A stretch of DNA of 64,000 bases from an uncultured Ruminococcus sp. (lineage in GTDB: Bacteria; Bacillota; Clostridia; Oscillospirales; Ruminococcaceae): contig CAMOOV010000001.1 of the NCBI GenBank assembly GCA_946621745.1, positions 7,999-71,998 on the forward strand. The letters are read 5' to 3'. Below, piece after piece: positions 55,534-64,000 of this stretch. Each line of letters starts with the position of its first letter. The first letter of the stretch is position 1. Position numbers and translations under genes: made by a program. The notes below the pieces were generated by a model. It was given only the letters and a program-made list of their open reading frames with translations, searched no databases and was not told the origin of the DNA.

Positions 55534-57528
55534 TCACGGATCCGGTTTGTTGAAATCCCTCAAGCGCAGACTCAGTCTACCGCTTTTTGACGGTTGCTTG
55601 AGGTATTTGGAAGGGTTTTTCTTTTTCTTCTCCTCATACATCCGATTATCCGCAATGGTAATGAGCTGGAAAATCGTGCTGTCCTTCGGCGGCACTGTAA
55701 TGCAGGCACCCATGCTGACACTGAGCTGATACGGCCGTCCGGAATTCCGGTTGCAGATCTCCAGACTCCGCAGGATCCGGTCGCGGAGCTTCACGGCCTT
55801 TTCCTCGTCATAATCCGCGCCGAAGATGAAGAACTCGTCTCCGCCGAACCGGCAGGCGATCTCGCCGTTCGAGCAGGCTTCCTGCAAAATCGCCGCGATG
55901 CTGCGGATCGCATGGTCGCCGGCCTTGTGTCCGTAATTATCGTTGATTGTTTTCAGACCGTCCATATCGGCGAACATGACCATGACAGTCCGGTGATTTG
56001 CGATGCAGTCATCAAAAATGACCTGCGCACTGCGTTTGAAGCCGTTGCGGTTGAAGATGCCGGTCAGCGAATCAATCGCATAGAGCTTATCCAGTTCCTC
56101 GACGATCTCATCCAGGCAGAGAATCTTCCGGAAGTTTTCAAGCGTATTGCTGATATTGATGCTCCACGAGTGGAACAGGGCGCTCGCCATCGGGAAATCC
56201 GTGTTGACGATTACAAAATAACCGAGACAGCGCTCGCGGAAATGCAGCGGAACAAAATACATATTGCGCGTCTTGTCGGAATCCGCACGCAGGCGCGGGA
56301 GCATCTGCGAGGAGACAAAGCTCTGCTCCTTGTGGAATTTGCCGTCATAATAGGCCAGCGGCATCAGCATTCGGCCGGAGTAGCCGTGCGAGATATAGGA
56401 ATCGACCGGCAGCACGCCTGTGTAGCCGCCCTCCTGCGGGAGCTGACGGGTATGCCAGCTGTCATTCAGGCAGAGATAGAATTCCTCGCAGCGGGTTTTC
56501 AGCACAAAGCTCTTGAGTGTGTTGATATATTCCTCGAAGCTGTCGCACTCAACGAGAGAGCAGGACATCTGATTGTTGCGGGAGATATCGCGCTGCGTAT
56601 TTTCCATGAGCTGATAGCTGCGCTTTTTGTAGACGGTGATATCCTCGGTATCTGCGGGCTTGCAGCCGCAGCTTTCCGAGAAGATCGGAACAGCATTCAG
56701 CTCCGTGACGCGGTCGAAATGCTCACCGGCAGCGTGGCGGCAGATCATCTCGCAGGCCAGCGCACCGGACTGCATCAGCGGCCGCTCGACGGTCGTCAGC
56801 GCAGGCGCAAAGTTTTTCGCATTATAGGTATTGTCAAAGCCGGAGACCAGAACATCCTCCGGGCAGCGGATACCGTTTTCGGCCAGCGTCAGAACCGCAG
56901 AAATCGCCATTGCATCATTCGCGCAGACAATCGCCTCCGGAAACTGCAATTCGGATTTGAGGAAGCATTCGATCGCACGGCGGCCGTCCTTGGCGCGGAA
57001 GGTTCCGTGATAGATCCGCTCCGGCTCGACCGGAATGCCGTGCTCCAGCAGGACTTTTTTGAAGGCATCAAAGCGTTCGATGCTTTCTGTATTGGTATCG
57101 GGGCCGGAGATATAGTTGAGCCGCCGGATGCCGTGTTTTTCGATCAGGTGGCGGGTGATCTGCTCCATTGCGGTCGCGTTGTGGATGCCGATATAATAGA
57201 GATCGCCCAGTTCTCTGTCGATGCTGACAGCGGGGATTCCTGCGGCACGGATGCGCGGATAGAGCGCCTCCGCGAGATCGCCGGAAAATGTATTGGACAG
57301 CAGAATGACGCCGTCGAACAGTGAAAAATTCGGCAGCTCAAAGATATTGTATTCGCCCTGATCGTAATTCGGATTCGCGAGGATTCCGCCGAATGCGATG
57401 AAATGCGCAATGTTGACATGATGCTGCGCCGCATAGCGGTGGATGCCGCGGAGGATCGACTGCTGATATTCCTCGTCGATGCCGGAAGCGATCACGGCGA
57501 TGGTCAGTTCCGTGTGGTTGGCAGGCAT
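55534..57528 (-). CDS. cytoplasmic LacI-type sugar-binding (PBP1) domain + middle domain + GGDEF diguanylate cyclase
   Basis: The N-terminus resembles a LacI-family ligand domain without the HTH or a signal peptide (IAVIASGIDEEYQQSILRGI..., VSGFDN). The C-terminus has TGIFNRNGF, DMDGLKTINDNYGHKAGD and RFGGDEFFIF. Confidence 0.8.
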   Translation of the reverse strand: MPANHTELTIAVIASGIDEEYQQSILRGIHRYAAQHHVNIAHFIAFGGILANPNYDQGEYNIFELPNFSLFDGVILLSNTFSGDLAEALYPRIRAAGIPAVSIDRELGDLYYIGIHNATAMEQITRHLIEKHGIRRLNYISGPDTNTESIERFDAFKKVLLEHGIPVEPERIYHGTFRAKDGRRAIECFLKSELQFPEAIVCANDAMAISAVLTLAENGIRCPEDVLVSGFDNTYNAKNFAPALTTVERPLMQSGALACEMICRHAAGEHFDRVTELNAVPIFSESCGCKPADTEDITVYKKRSYQLMENTQRDISRNNQMSCSLVECDSFEEYINTLKSFVLKTRCEEFYLCLNDSWHTRQLPQEGGYTGVLPVDSYISHGYSGRMLMPLAYYDGKFHKEQSFVSSQMLPRLRADSDKTRNMYFVPLHFRERCLGYFVIVNTDFPMASALFHSWSINISNTLENFRKILCLDEIVEELDKLYAIDSLTGIFNRNGFKRSAQVIFDDCIANHRTVMVMFADMDGLKTINDNYGHKAGDHAIRSIAAILQEACSNGEIACRFGGDEFFIFGADYDEEKAVKLRDRILRSLEICNRNSGRPYQLSVSMGACITVPPKDSTIFQLITIADNRMYEEKKKKNPSKYLKQPSKSGRLSLRLRDFNKPDP

Positions 57529-57852
57529 AGGTTCACCTCATTGTTCCGCAGTCATATCAGATACTGCGGCAGGATTTGCTTTTGCCGCTGCGGTAAAATG
57601 CCGCAGTTTTTCATTTTATACTCAAATTTATTATATCACAGCGCGTTTGTTTTGTCAAGTTTTTTCGGTTCGGTAGGCGGATTTCGGCATTCCGGTCAGT
57701 TTCGGCGGCGGGATTTGTGCAGAGTGTCAGCAGAGAATACGAATGATGTGATATATGACAGTCTTTTTATTAATACTATGATTTTATATACAATATATAT
57801 TGAATATTTTCGGGCTTTGTGGTAGAATATAAACAGAAGGAGTGTGATTTAC

Positions 57853-58668
57853 ATGAAAAAGATGATTTGTATTCTGAGCTGCCTGACGCTGTGCGGTCTT
57901 GCCGGATGCGGTCTTGCGGCAGCCGATGCGCAGACTGATCCGGCTGTGCAGATGCAGGAAAATACCGCTCCGCGTGAAACGGAAGCAGAAGAAGCAGAAT
58001 ATCTTGTCTGGAATCCGGCGAAAGATGAATACTACGATTCCCGTTTCATGACTTGGAATGCGGAAAAAGGGGATTACGATTATCTGACGCCGGACCCGTC
58101 TGAATGGAGACGGGTCAGCGATGAGGATTCCTTTGCAGAGATTTCCTTTGAGGGCACTGTGCCGGATTCGCTGAAAAAAGCATTTGATGATTACAGCAAT
58201 GCGATGAACCGGTATTATCAGGAGAGAACGGAGAATGAGCCGGGCTTTGATACACAGTCATACTTGCCGTTTGAGGATGACAAGGGCTCCTACAGGACAA
58301 TGTGCAGCATTTGCGCCGGCGAATGGGATGCGCTGTATCAGATCGCTGCATCGGACGGCGAATACCGTAATCTTGCGCAGGCGGCTGTTAATGGAATTTT
58401 GCTGCACGGCGGTCAGAGTCAGACGAAAGCCGGCTTCTATTGCTGTCAGATGCAGGAGAAGTATAAAGAGGCATCCGAAGCCGTCCGAAGTCTCGGCGAG
58501 AGCATCACCGCTGCGGACTGTGCGGAGCTGGAAGCGAAATACGGCTATCTGATCGCGCCCGCTTTACAGGAGGCCGGAAGGCTTGATCTTCTGCCGATCA
58601 ACCCGGAAAGTCCCTGTACCGATACGGAAATGCTCGCAGAATTTGCGCGCTGCTTTGCCGCTGTCTGA
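57853..58668 (+). CDS. lipoprotein, unknown function
   Basis: MKKMICILSCLTLCGLAGCG lipobox. No recognised domain. Confidence 0.55.
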   Translation: MKKMICILSCLTLCGLAGCGLAAADAQTDPAVQMQENTAPRETEAEEAEYLVWNPAKDEYYDSRFMTWNAEKGDYDYLTPDPSEWRRVSDEDSFAEISFEGTVPDSLKKAFDDYSNAMNRYYQERTENEPGFDTQSYLPFEDDKGSYRTMCSICAGEWDALYQIAASDGEYRNLAQAAVNGILLHGGQSQTKAGFYCCQMQEKYKEASEAVRSLGESITAADCAELEAKYGYLIAPALQEAGRLDLLPINPESPCTDTEMLAEFARCFAAV

Positions 58669-58676
58669 GAATGTGA

Positions 58677-58703
58677 AAGCCCCGCACAGTCTGTGCGGGG
58701 CTT
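58677..58703. terminator. bidirectional hairpin between the convergent lipoprotein gene and yaaT
   Basis: 12-bp perfect stem aagccccgcaca/tgtgcggggctt with a 3-nt loop. Confidence 0.6.
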
Positions 58704-58716
58704 GGTTTATCAGGAT

Positions 58717-60036
58717 TCAGCTTTCTCCGCCCTGCGGCTTATTGCCGTCGTGACCGCCGCGGTGATTCTGCCAGCGGCGATTGTTGGGGCGGTGCGGCCT
58801 GCGGTTCTCGCCGGCCGGCTTTTCGGTATCACTGCGCTGTGCGGCGGCGCGCTCCGGATGCTCCACAACAGCGCGATGCTCGGTGAAGTCCATATCCGTG
58901 AAGGCAGGTGCATGATGCACGGGCTTCGGCGGCTGCGGCGCAGCATTTTGCTGCTGGCGGTTCTCGCCGAATTCCGGATGCAGTGCTGCACCGGTCTGCT
59001 TTGCAGGCTTCGGCGGCTGCGGTCTGTCGGCTTTCGGCTTATCCTGCTGCGGCCGTTCGGTTCTCGGCTTTTCGTTCTGCGGCTTTTCAGCGGACTGCTG
59101 CTTCGGATTTCTCGGCGGACGCTGCTTGTCGGGCTTGTCCTGCTTCTCCGGCTTTGCGGCATCGGGCTTTGCGGCGGGTGTCCGCTTATCGCGCAGATCC
59201 TCCTTTGTCATCCGCCGGCTCACATCCTGAAGCCGCTCGACCTTATCGCGATGGATCGTGATCGGAATATCGGAATTCTCCGGCTTGACGCGGAGATTGC
59301 CGGTCACGAGATTCGCCTCCATGACATAGGCGCGGAGCGGTCTGTCGCCCGGCAGGATGACCGTCGAGCCGACCTTCGGCGTCATGCGGATCAGCTCCTC
59401 ATAGACGGGGCTTTCATAGCGCAGGCAGCACATCAGTCTGCCGCAGGCGCCGGAGATCTTGGTCGGATTCAGCGCGAGCCCCTGCTCCTTCGCCATTTTG
59501 ATCGAGATTGGCTGGAAGCTGTTGAGATAGCCCTTGCAGCAGAATTCTCTGCCGCAGATGCCGAGACCGCCCAGCAGCTTTGCCTCATCGCGGTCGCCGA
59601 TCTGCCGCAGCTCGATCCGGACATGGAATGCGAGTGCGAGATCCTTGACCAGCTCGCGGAAATCGACGCGGGATTCCGCCGTAAAATAAAAGATCAGTTT
59701 ATTGCTGTCGAAGCCGCATTCGACATCGACCAGCCGCATCGGCAGGCCGCGTGCCTCGATCCGTTCGGCACAGACGCGCATCGCCTCCGCCATGTAAGCG
59801 CGGTTCTTTTCAAGTGTTTGCAGATCCTCCTCATTTGCGAGCCGGAGGATCGGCTTCAGCGGCGCGGTGACACTGTCATCCGGCACTGCATGGCGCCGTG
59901 CCGCGACCTCACCGCATTCGGGGCCGCGTGCCGTTTCCACGACGACATAGCTGCCCTCCGCGGGATTTAAGTCGCCCGGCGCAAAATAATACATCTTGCC
60001 GCCGCTTTTGAATTTGACTCCGATTACTTCGATCAT
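58717..60036 (-). CDS. ricT: PSP1-domain protein YaaT/RicT with a long P/K/Q/E-rich C-terminal extension
   Basis: Start placed at MIEVIGVKFKSGGKMYYFAP (compare the B. subtilis YaaT N-terminus). Cys cluster CGRLMCCLRYE / CGREFCC. About 170 aa of low-complexity tail. Confidence 0.85.
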   Translation of the reverse strand: MIEVIGVKFKSGGKMYYFAPGDLNPAEGSYVVVETARGPECGEVAARRHAVPDDSVTAPLKPILRLANEEDLQTLEKNRAYMAEAMRVCAERIEARGLPMRLVDVECGFDSNKLIFYFTAESRVDFRELVKDLALAFHVRIELRQIGDRDEAKLLGGLGICGREFCCKGYLNSFQPISIKMAKEQGLALNPTKISGACGRLMCCLRYESPVYEELIRMTPKVGSTVILPGDRPLRAYVMEANLVTGNLRVKPENSDIPITIHRDKVERLQDVSRRMTKEDLRDKRTPAAKPDAAKPEKQDKPDKQRPPRNPKQQSAEKPQNEKPRTERPQQDKPKADRPQPPKPAKQTGAALHPEFGENRQQQNAAPQPPKPVHHAPAFTDMDFTEHRAVVEHPERAAAQRSDTEKPAGENRRPHRPNNRRWQNHRGGHDGNKPQGGES

Positions 60037-60082
60037 GTTATCAACCATCCATATATAGTTTCCGGCTGCACGGGCAGACCGG

Positions 60083-61069
60083 TTATGCTTCACAGAGTGC
60101 TGCGCAGAGTGCCGATGCCGTCAGCGCTGCACTGACATTGCTTTCAAGATCCGAGAATGCCTCGGTGACTGCGCCGTGCATCCGCATGACTCTGCGCGGC
60201 GTGAGCTTTGCAGCGAGCGCCTCCGCAGCCGCACGGTCACAGCCGAGCCGCCGAAATTCCCCGTCCAGCGAAAAAACTGCGGCATCGCGGAGCTGACAGT
60301 CAAACAGCTCCAGCGTCCGGCGGAAAAGGTCTTTATCGGCGGCCGCAGATGTCAGCAGACGCAGCAGATCATATTCATGCATCTGCGCGAGTGCGGAGGT
60401 CAGCGCCGCGGCGGTATCCGATGCCGTCCGCAGCATTTCATCGCTGAGATATTCAATGCATTTTCCGATATTGCCGCCGAAGCGGGAGACAGCCGCCTGA
60501 ATATCCGCGGCGGGATAATCCCGCGCCGTCAGTGCAGAAACGCATTCCGGCTCCGTGACCGGAAAGACCGCCTTCGCCGTCATACGCGAAAGCAGCGTCG
60601 GGAGCAATGTGCCGATCGTCTCCGCCGTAAAGACAAAGCAGGCGTGTGCGGGCGGCTCCTCGACGGATTTCAGCAGTGCATTCTGAGCCTGAATGCTCAT
60701 GCCGTCCGCATCGGGAAAGAGGAAGATGCGCATATCGCCGTTGTTCGGCAGGATCGCCGCCTCTCTGCGGATCTCGCGCACCGTCTCGACGGAATAGCCC
60801 ATCTTCTTGCCGGAATGCTCCGCCGTCATCACATCGGGATGTGCAGCGTGCAGGATCAGCCGGCAGTTTTTGCATTTGCCGCAGGGGGCATTTGCTTCGT
60901 CCTCGCAGAGAACGAGCATGGTGAACCACTGTGCGAGCAGCTTTTTGCCGCAGCCGCGTTCACCGTGCAGCAGCAGCGCATGGGGCAGATGATGCTGCCG
61001 GCGGCTGAGCTGCAAATCGGCACGGAGCTGCGTATTGCCGGCAATGACCGGCATATCCTGTGTACTCAC
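60083..61069 (-). CDS. holB: DNA polymerase III delta' subunit
   Basis: HALLLHGERGCGKKLLA, zinc module CGKCKNCRL and NALLKSVEEPP. Confidence 0.9.
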   Translation of the reverse strand: MSTQDMPVIAGNTQLRADLQLSRRQHHLPHALLLHGERGCGKKLLAQWFTMLVLCEDEANAPCGKCKNCRLILHAAHPDVMTAEHSGKKMGYSVETVREIRREAAILPNNGDMRIFLFPDADGMSIQAQNALLKSVEEPPAHACFVFTAETIGTLLPTLLSRMTAKAVFPVTEPECVSALTARDYPAADIQAAVSRFGGNIGKCIEYLSDEMLRTASDTAAALTSALAQMHEYDLLRLLTSAAADKDLFRRTLELFDCQLRDAAVFSLDGEFRRLGCDRAAAEALAAKLTPRRVMRMHGAVTEAFSDLESNVSAALTASALCAALCEA

Positions 61070-61401
61070 AGCTTTTCAAACCGTTCGATATTTGTGACGA
61101 ATACAGTCGCGCCGCCGACGGGAACCTCCAGCGGCATAGACGGCACCTGACCGGTCGTAGAGGGATTGCCGTAGGAAGGCGATGCGGGGATAAACTGTTT
61201 TCTGTGGTGGCATTTCTGCTCGACGATGCTGATGACGGCATCGACCTCAGGCTCCTCCACACAGATCAGAAAGGTCGTATTGCCGGCGCTGAGAAAGCTG
61301 CCGGATGATGCGAGCTTTGTTGCACGGAATCCGTTTTTTGCCAGCGCCTTTGAGACAGCAGCGCTGTCATCGCCGTTGACGACTGCAAAGATCAGTTTCA
61401 T
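61066..61401 (-). CDS. darA: PII-like cyclic-di-AMP receptor (YaaQ/DarA, DUF970)
   Basis: MKLIFAVVNGDDSAAVSKALAKNGFRATKLASSGSFLSAGNTTFLI. Conserved darA-holB-yaaT order. 4-nt overlap with holB. Confidence 0.85.
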   Translation of the reverse strand: MKLIFAVVNGDDSAAVSKALAKNGFRATKLASSGSFLSAGNTTFLICVEEPEVDAVISIVEQKCHHRKQFIPASPSYGNPSTTGQVPSMPLEVPVGGATVFVTNIERFEKL

Positions 61402-61509
61402 GAATCTATCGACCTCATTTCCTTATCAATCAAATGGGGGATCATGCAGAGTACAGCATTTCCCATAATCAGTATACCACAAATTTGCTGAAAGTGCAAG
61501 GGGTTATAT

Positions 61510-61538
61510 AAAAACTCCCATACATTGCTGTATGGGAG
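61510..61538 (-). terminator. intrinsic terminator after the tautomerase-like gene
   Basis: On the minus strand: stem ctcccataca/tgtatgggag with loop gcaa, followed by ttttt. Confidence 0.7.
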
Positions 61539-61590
61539 CTGTGTGTCAACATTGATGTCCCAACGATCTATTAAAGATCTCATTGGTACA

Positions 61591-61818
61591 TCAATACTGT
61601 GCTTCGCCTTCGAGAATGATCATTTCGTCCGCGTGCGGATCAATTTCCTTTTCCTTGATCTCGCGCTGCCATTCCTCCGGCGGATAGGATTCGATCTTTA
61701 CGGTCACAGCCTCGCGGCTGCATCCCCATTTTTCCGTGAATACACGGGTGATCTCCTCAGCGACCGCCTGTTTTGTGCTGTCATCCTTCGGATATGCCTT
61801 CACTACGATCAGCGGCAT
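61591..61818 (-). CDS. 4-oxalocrotonate tautomerase family protein
   Basis: Start moved to MPLIVVKAYPKDD (Pro1 after Met, RBS gggaggga). 75 aa. Confidence 0.7.
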   Translation of the reverse strand: MPLIVVKAYPKDDSTKQAVAEEITRVFTEKWGCSREAVTVKIESYPPEEWQREIKEKEIDPHADEMIILEGEAQY

Positions 61819-62281
61819 TCTTCTCCCTCCCTTCCTCTGCATATTGTCTTGCGATTGCAAGAAAAACCTCTGCGTTATGCGCATCCCAGTGAATGCGGAT
61901 GCGCTTTTGTCCGATCAGGATTAGGGTATCATCCGGCTTGCCGTCATGCCATTTGCGGAAGGAGTATGACCGTACCGAACGGATCCCGGTGATGTCCGTC
62001 CATTTATAAAGTGTTCCCCTGCCAAGCAGATTGCGGCGGACAAAGCCCTTTTTCTCGTGAAATTCGATGCGGAGATTGCGCGTCAGCAGCAGCGGGATAT
62101 TCAGCGCGGTCAGTACGCCGCATACAATACAGGTATTCCGCGGGGCGTGATCGAGAATACAGAGGATCGTGACGATCAGGAAGATCGCGCCGCAGACTGC
62201 GCCGATCACGGCCGGCTCGCGGCTCGGCGTGACAATGCCGCGCAGATATTGTTTCCGGACAATCTTTTTCTTCTGTGCCAT
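61781..62281 (-). CDS. two-TM membrane protein with a PH-like C-terminal region
   Basis: Start moved to MAQKKKIVRKQY (ATG shares one base with the upstream TGA). TM hairpin AVIGAVCGAIFLIVTILCIL / CIVCGVLTALNIPLLL. Confidence 0.45.
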   Translation of the reverse strand: MAQKKKIVRKQYLRGIVTPSREPAVIGAVCGAIFLIVTILCILDHAPRNTCIVCGVLTALNIPLLLTRNLRIEFHEKKGFVRRNLLGRGTLYKWTDITGIRSVRSYSFRKWHDGKPDDTLILIGQKRIRIHWDAHNAEVFLAIARQYAEEGREKNAADRSEGISEG

Positions 62282-63645
62282 CAGCGGAACGCCTCCACGC
62301 ATTCCCGTTTTACGAGCGCCGCCAGATTCTCCGGCAGATTGTGCTGCGGATCCCATTCCTGTCCGAATCCGGCGGCCTGCCCGGCATATTCTTTCCAAAG
62401 CGGCGATGCCTGATACTGCTTCAGCAGAAGCGGCAGCTCTGCGCCGTCACGCGCTGCGCGTTCGATCGCCAGACAAAGCGAGAGATTGACCTCTTTGCGG
62501 CTGCCGACGCATTCAAACGGCTTATTCGGCAGTGCGCCGCAAAGCTCCTGCAAGGTGGACGCCATTTCCGGCATATTCAGCATATCGGCGCCGAGCAGCC
62601 GGACGATCTCCCCATAGGGCAGGAACGGCGAGAGGATCACCGCCACGAACAGGCATTTTGCACAGTGCCCGCACCATTTATCCTGCTTTGCTCCGGCATT
62701 GCAGCTGCGGAAGATCTCGTGATATTTCGTATCGCAGGATGCAAAGTATCTTGCGATCTGGAATTCGGTCAGCGGACGCAGCAGGCTGAAATACCGCACG
62801 CCGCAGCGCAGATAATCGCGCTCATAGGCGAAAAAGTCGCGCTCGAACTGATAGCTCTTGGAATACTGATGATTGACCTCGGCCTCGGAGACCGTCGATT
62901 CGCTCGCAGAGGATTCATTCGAGAGGATGACTGTTCCGATGCCGTTGAGATACGCCGTCAGCACCGACGAAAACGCGACGATCGCGGAAAACGGTGTGTG
63001 GCCGTTGAGGAAGCCGCGCTTGTTGCATTCGAGCATGAAGGGATCGAGCGTGCGCTTCGGTTCGAGGATGCGCTCCTGCGGGATCCCTGCGAGCAGCGCG
63101 GCCTTTTCAGAGGAATCGCGGTGATTGATCTGATAGGCATAGGCATCGCCGAGCTGTCCCTTGAGCAGATTCAGCGTGACGATCGAATCCTTGCCGCCGC
63201 CGACCGGGATCAGCTTGCCGGAGAGTGTCTTTTGCGGTGCATCGGCGGAGGAAAGCGCATCGCTGCCGGATTCGATCGTCATGAAGCTGCCAAAATCCGT
63301 TTCGATGCCGTTGCGGTAGAAGAATTCGCCCAAGCCTCCGAAATAGAGCTGCTTCCACCAGTCCGCCTGCTCCTTTGTCATATGCATCGGGAGCCGGACG
63401 ACCGGCGGGCAGGCGATCTTCCAATAGCTGACCAGCTCCGCCATGCCGAGCGAAAAGAGCAGCCGCGAAACGGCCGGATCCGAGAGATCCGGCTGCGGGC
63501 AGGGGATCTCCCATGACGGTGAAAAGCTGCCGAGTCCTGTGATCTCAAAGAGATAGGAGATATGCAGTCTGCCGATTTCATAGCCCATGCGGGTCTCATG
63601 AAAAATGAATTCCGGATACTGCTGACGCAGTTCTGTAAAGGTCAT
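62281..63645 (-). CDS. uncharacterised PP-loop-like (adenine nucleotide alpha-hydrolase superfamily) protein with a C-terminal Cys cluster
   Basis: LIPVGGGKDSIVTL resembles the SGGxDS PP-loop. The C-terminal motif is FRSCNAG...WCGHCAKCLF. 454 aa. No closer assignment is possible by eye. Confidence 0.55.
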   Translation of the reverse strand: MTFTELRQQYPEFIFHETRMGYEIGRLHISYLFEITGLGSFSPSWEIPCPQPDLSDPAVSRLLFSLGMAELVSYWKIACPPVVRLPMHMTKEQADWWKQLYFGGLGEFFYRNGIETDFGSFMTIESGSDALSSADAPQKTLSGKLIPVGGGKDSIVTLNLLKGQLGDAYAYQINHRDSSEKAALLAGIPQERILEPKRTLDPFMLECNKRGFLNGHTPFSAIVAFSSVLTAYLNGIGTVILSNESSASESTVSEAEVNHQYSKSYQFERDFFAYERDYLRCGVRYFSLLRPLTEFQIARYFASCDTKYHEIFRSCNAGAKQDKWCGHCAKCLFVAVILSPFLPYGEIVRLLGADMLNMPEMASTLQELCGALPNKPFECVGSRKEVNLSLCLAIERAARDGAELPLLLKQYQASPLWKEYAGQAAGFGQEWDPQHNLPENLAALVKRECVEAFR

Positions 63646-63780
63646 GTGGTTTGCTCCATTCTCGGATATAGAGTGCGAATGCGCAATCTGTTCGGATCAC
63701 GCATTCTGTCGTATTGCATAATTGTGCGGTTAAGATAAAATGTAATGTATGGGCTGCTTATGATGATAAATAAAGAGGTA

Positions 63781-64000
63781 TCCGCTTCGCGGATGCTATT
63801 CTGAATGGGTGCCTCTATCGCAGGCACTGGAGCCTGCGGGCTCTTGAACGCAGGGGGAGTTTCGCCCTCTGCGGAGGGCGGGCAGTGCCCGCAGCCATTT
63901 CCTGAAGTTCTCCGGATGCGAACGGCAGCAGATTGAGATTTCGCCGAACCGTAAAACAGCTGCGAACAGCAGCGTAACAGCGACGCATCTGATATGCTCC
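63781..64000 (+). repeat. modular hairpin repeat, copy D (runs to the window edge)
   Basis: tccgcttcgcgga, gtgcctctatcgcaggcac, gggggagtttcgccctctgcggagggcg, then ggcagcagattgagattt...agcgtaacagcgacg. Collinear with copy A and with the reverse complement of copy C. Confidence 0.8.

Overview
This window is the replication-origin neighbourhood of a high-GC Firmicutes/Clostridia-type chromosome. The taxon is inferred from gene content only. I call 59 protein genes, including rpmH (44 aa), which is missing from the ORF track. There are three core blocks. The first is rpmH-rnpA-yidD-yidC-jag-mnmE-mnmG-rsmG (23.9-31.2 kb, +). The second is dnaA-dnaN-yaaA-recF-DUF370-gyrB-(two membrane genes)-gyrA (37.8-48.8 kb, +). 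The third is darA-holB-yaaT (58.7-61.4 kb, -). The left end holds glycan utilisation genes (GH36 alpha-galactosidase, GH74-like BNR lipoprotein, GH94 cellobiose phosphorylase) plus rsmD-coaD. An accessory-looking stretch at 12.4-19 kb carries a zinc-ribbon/Thr-repeat protein, an LRAT/PLAAT-like protein, a YgjP-like metallohydrolase, an orphan large serine recombinase and a NERD nuclease. I recognised no rRNA, tRNA, CRISPR array, prophage or IS. Non-coding signals are a DnaA-box cluster in the dnaA-dnaN spacer, four parS palindromes (three inside one 159-bp spacer), a dispersed family of modular hairpin repeats (4 copies), a duplicated pfkA 5' end, and several consensus sigma-A promoters and intrinsic terminators. 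I found no clearly novel multi-gene system. Six points deserve a second look. (1) The parS triplet, with noc/parAB absent from their usual place. (2) A sharp low-GC trough over mnmE-mnmG-rsmG. (3) 27 of 34 genes left of dnaA point toward the putative origin. (4) The recombinase ribosome-binding site is buried in the pfkA terminator stem. (5) The hairpin-repeat family. (6) An uncharacterised PP-loop/CxxC protein operon at 61.6-63.6 kb. All functional calls rest on motif recognition by eye, since no searches were run.
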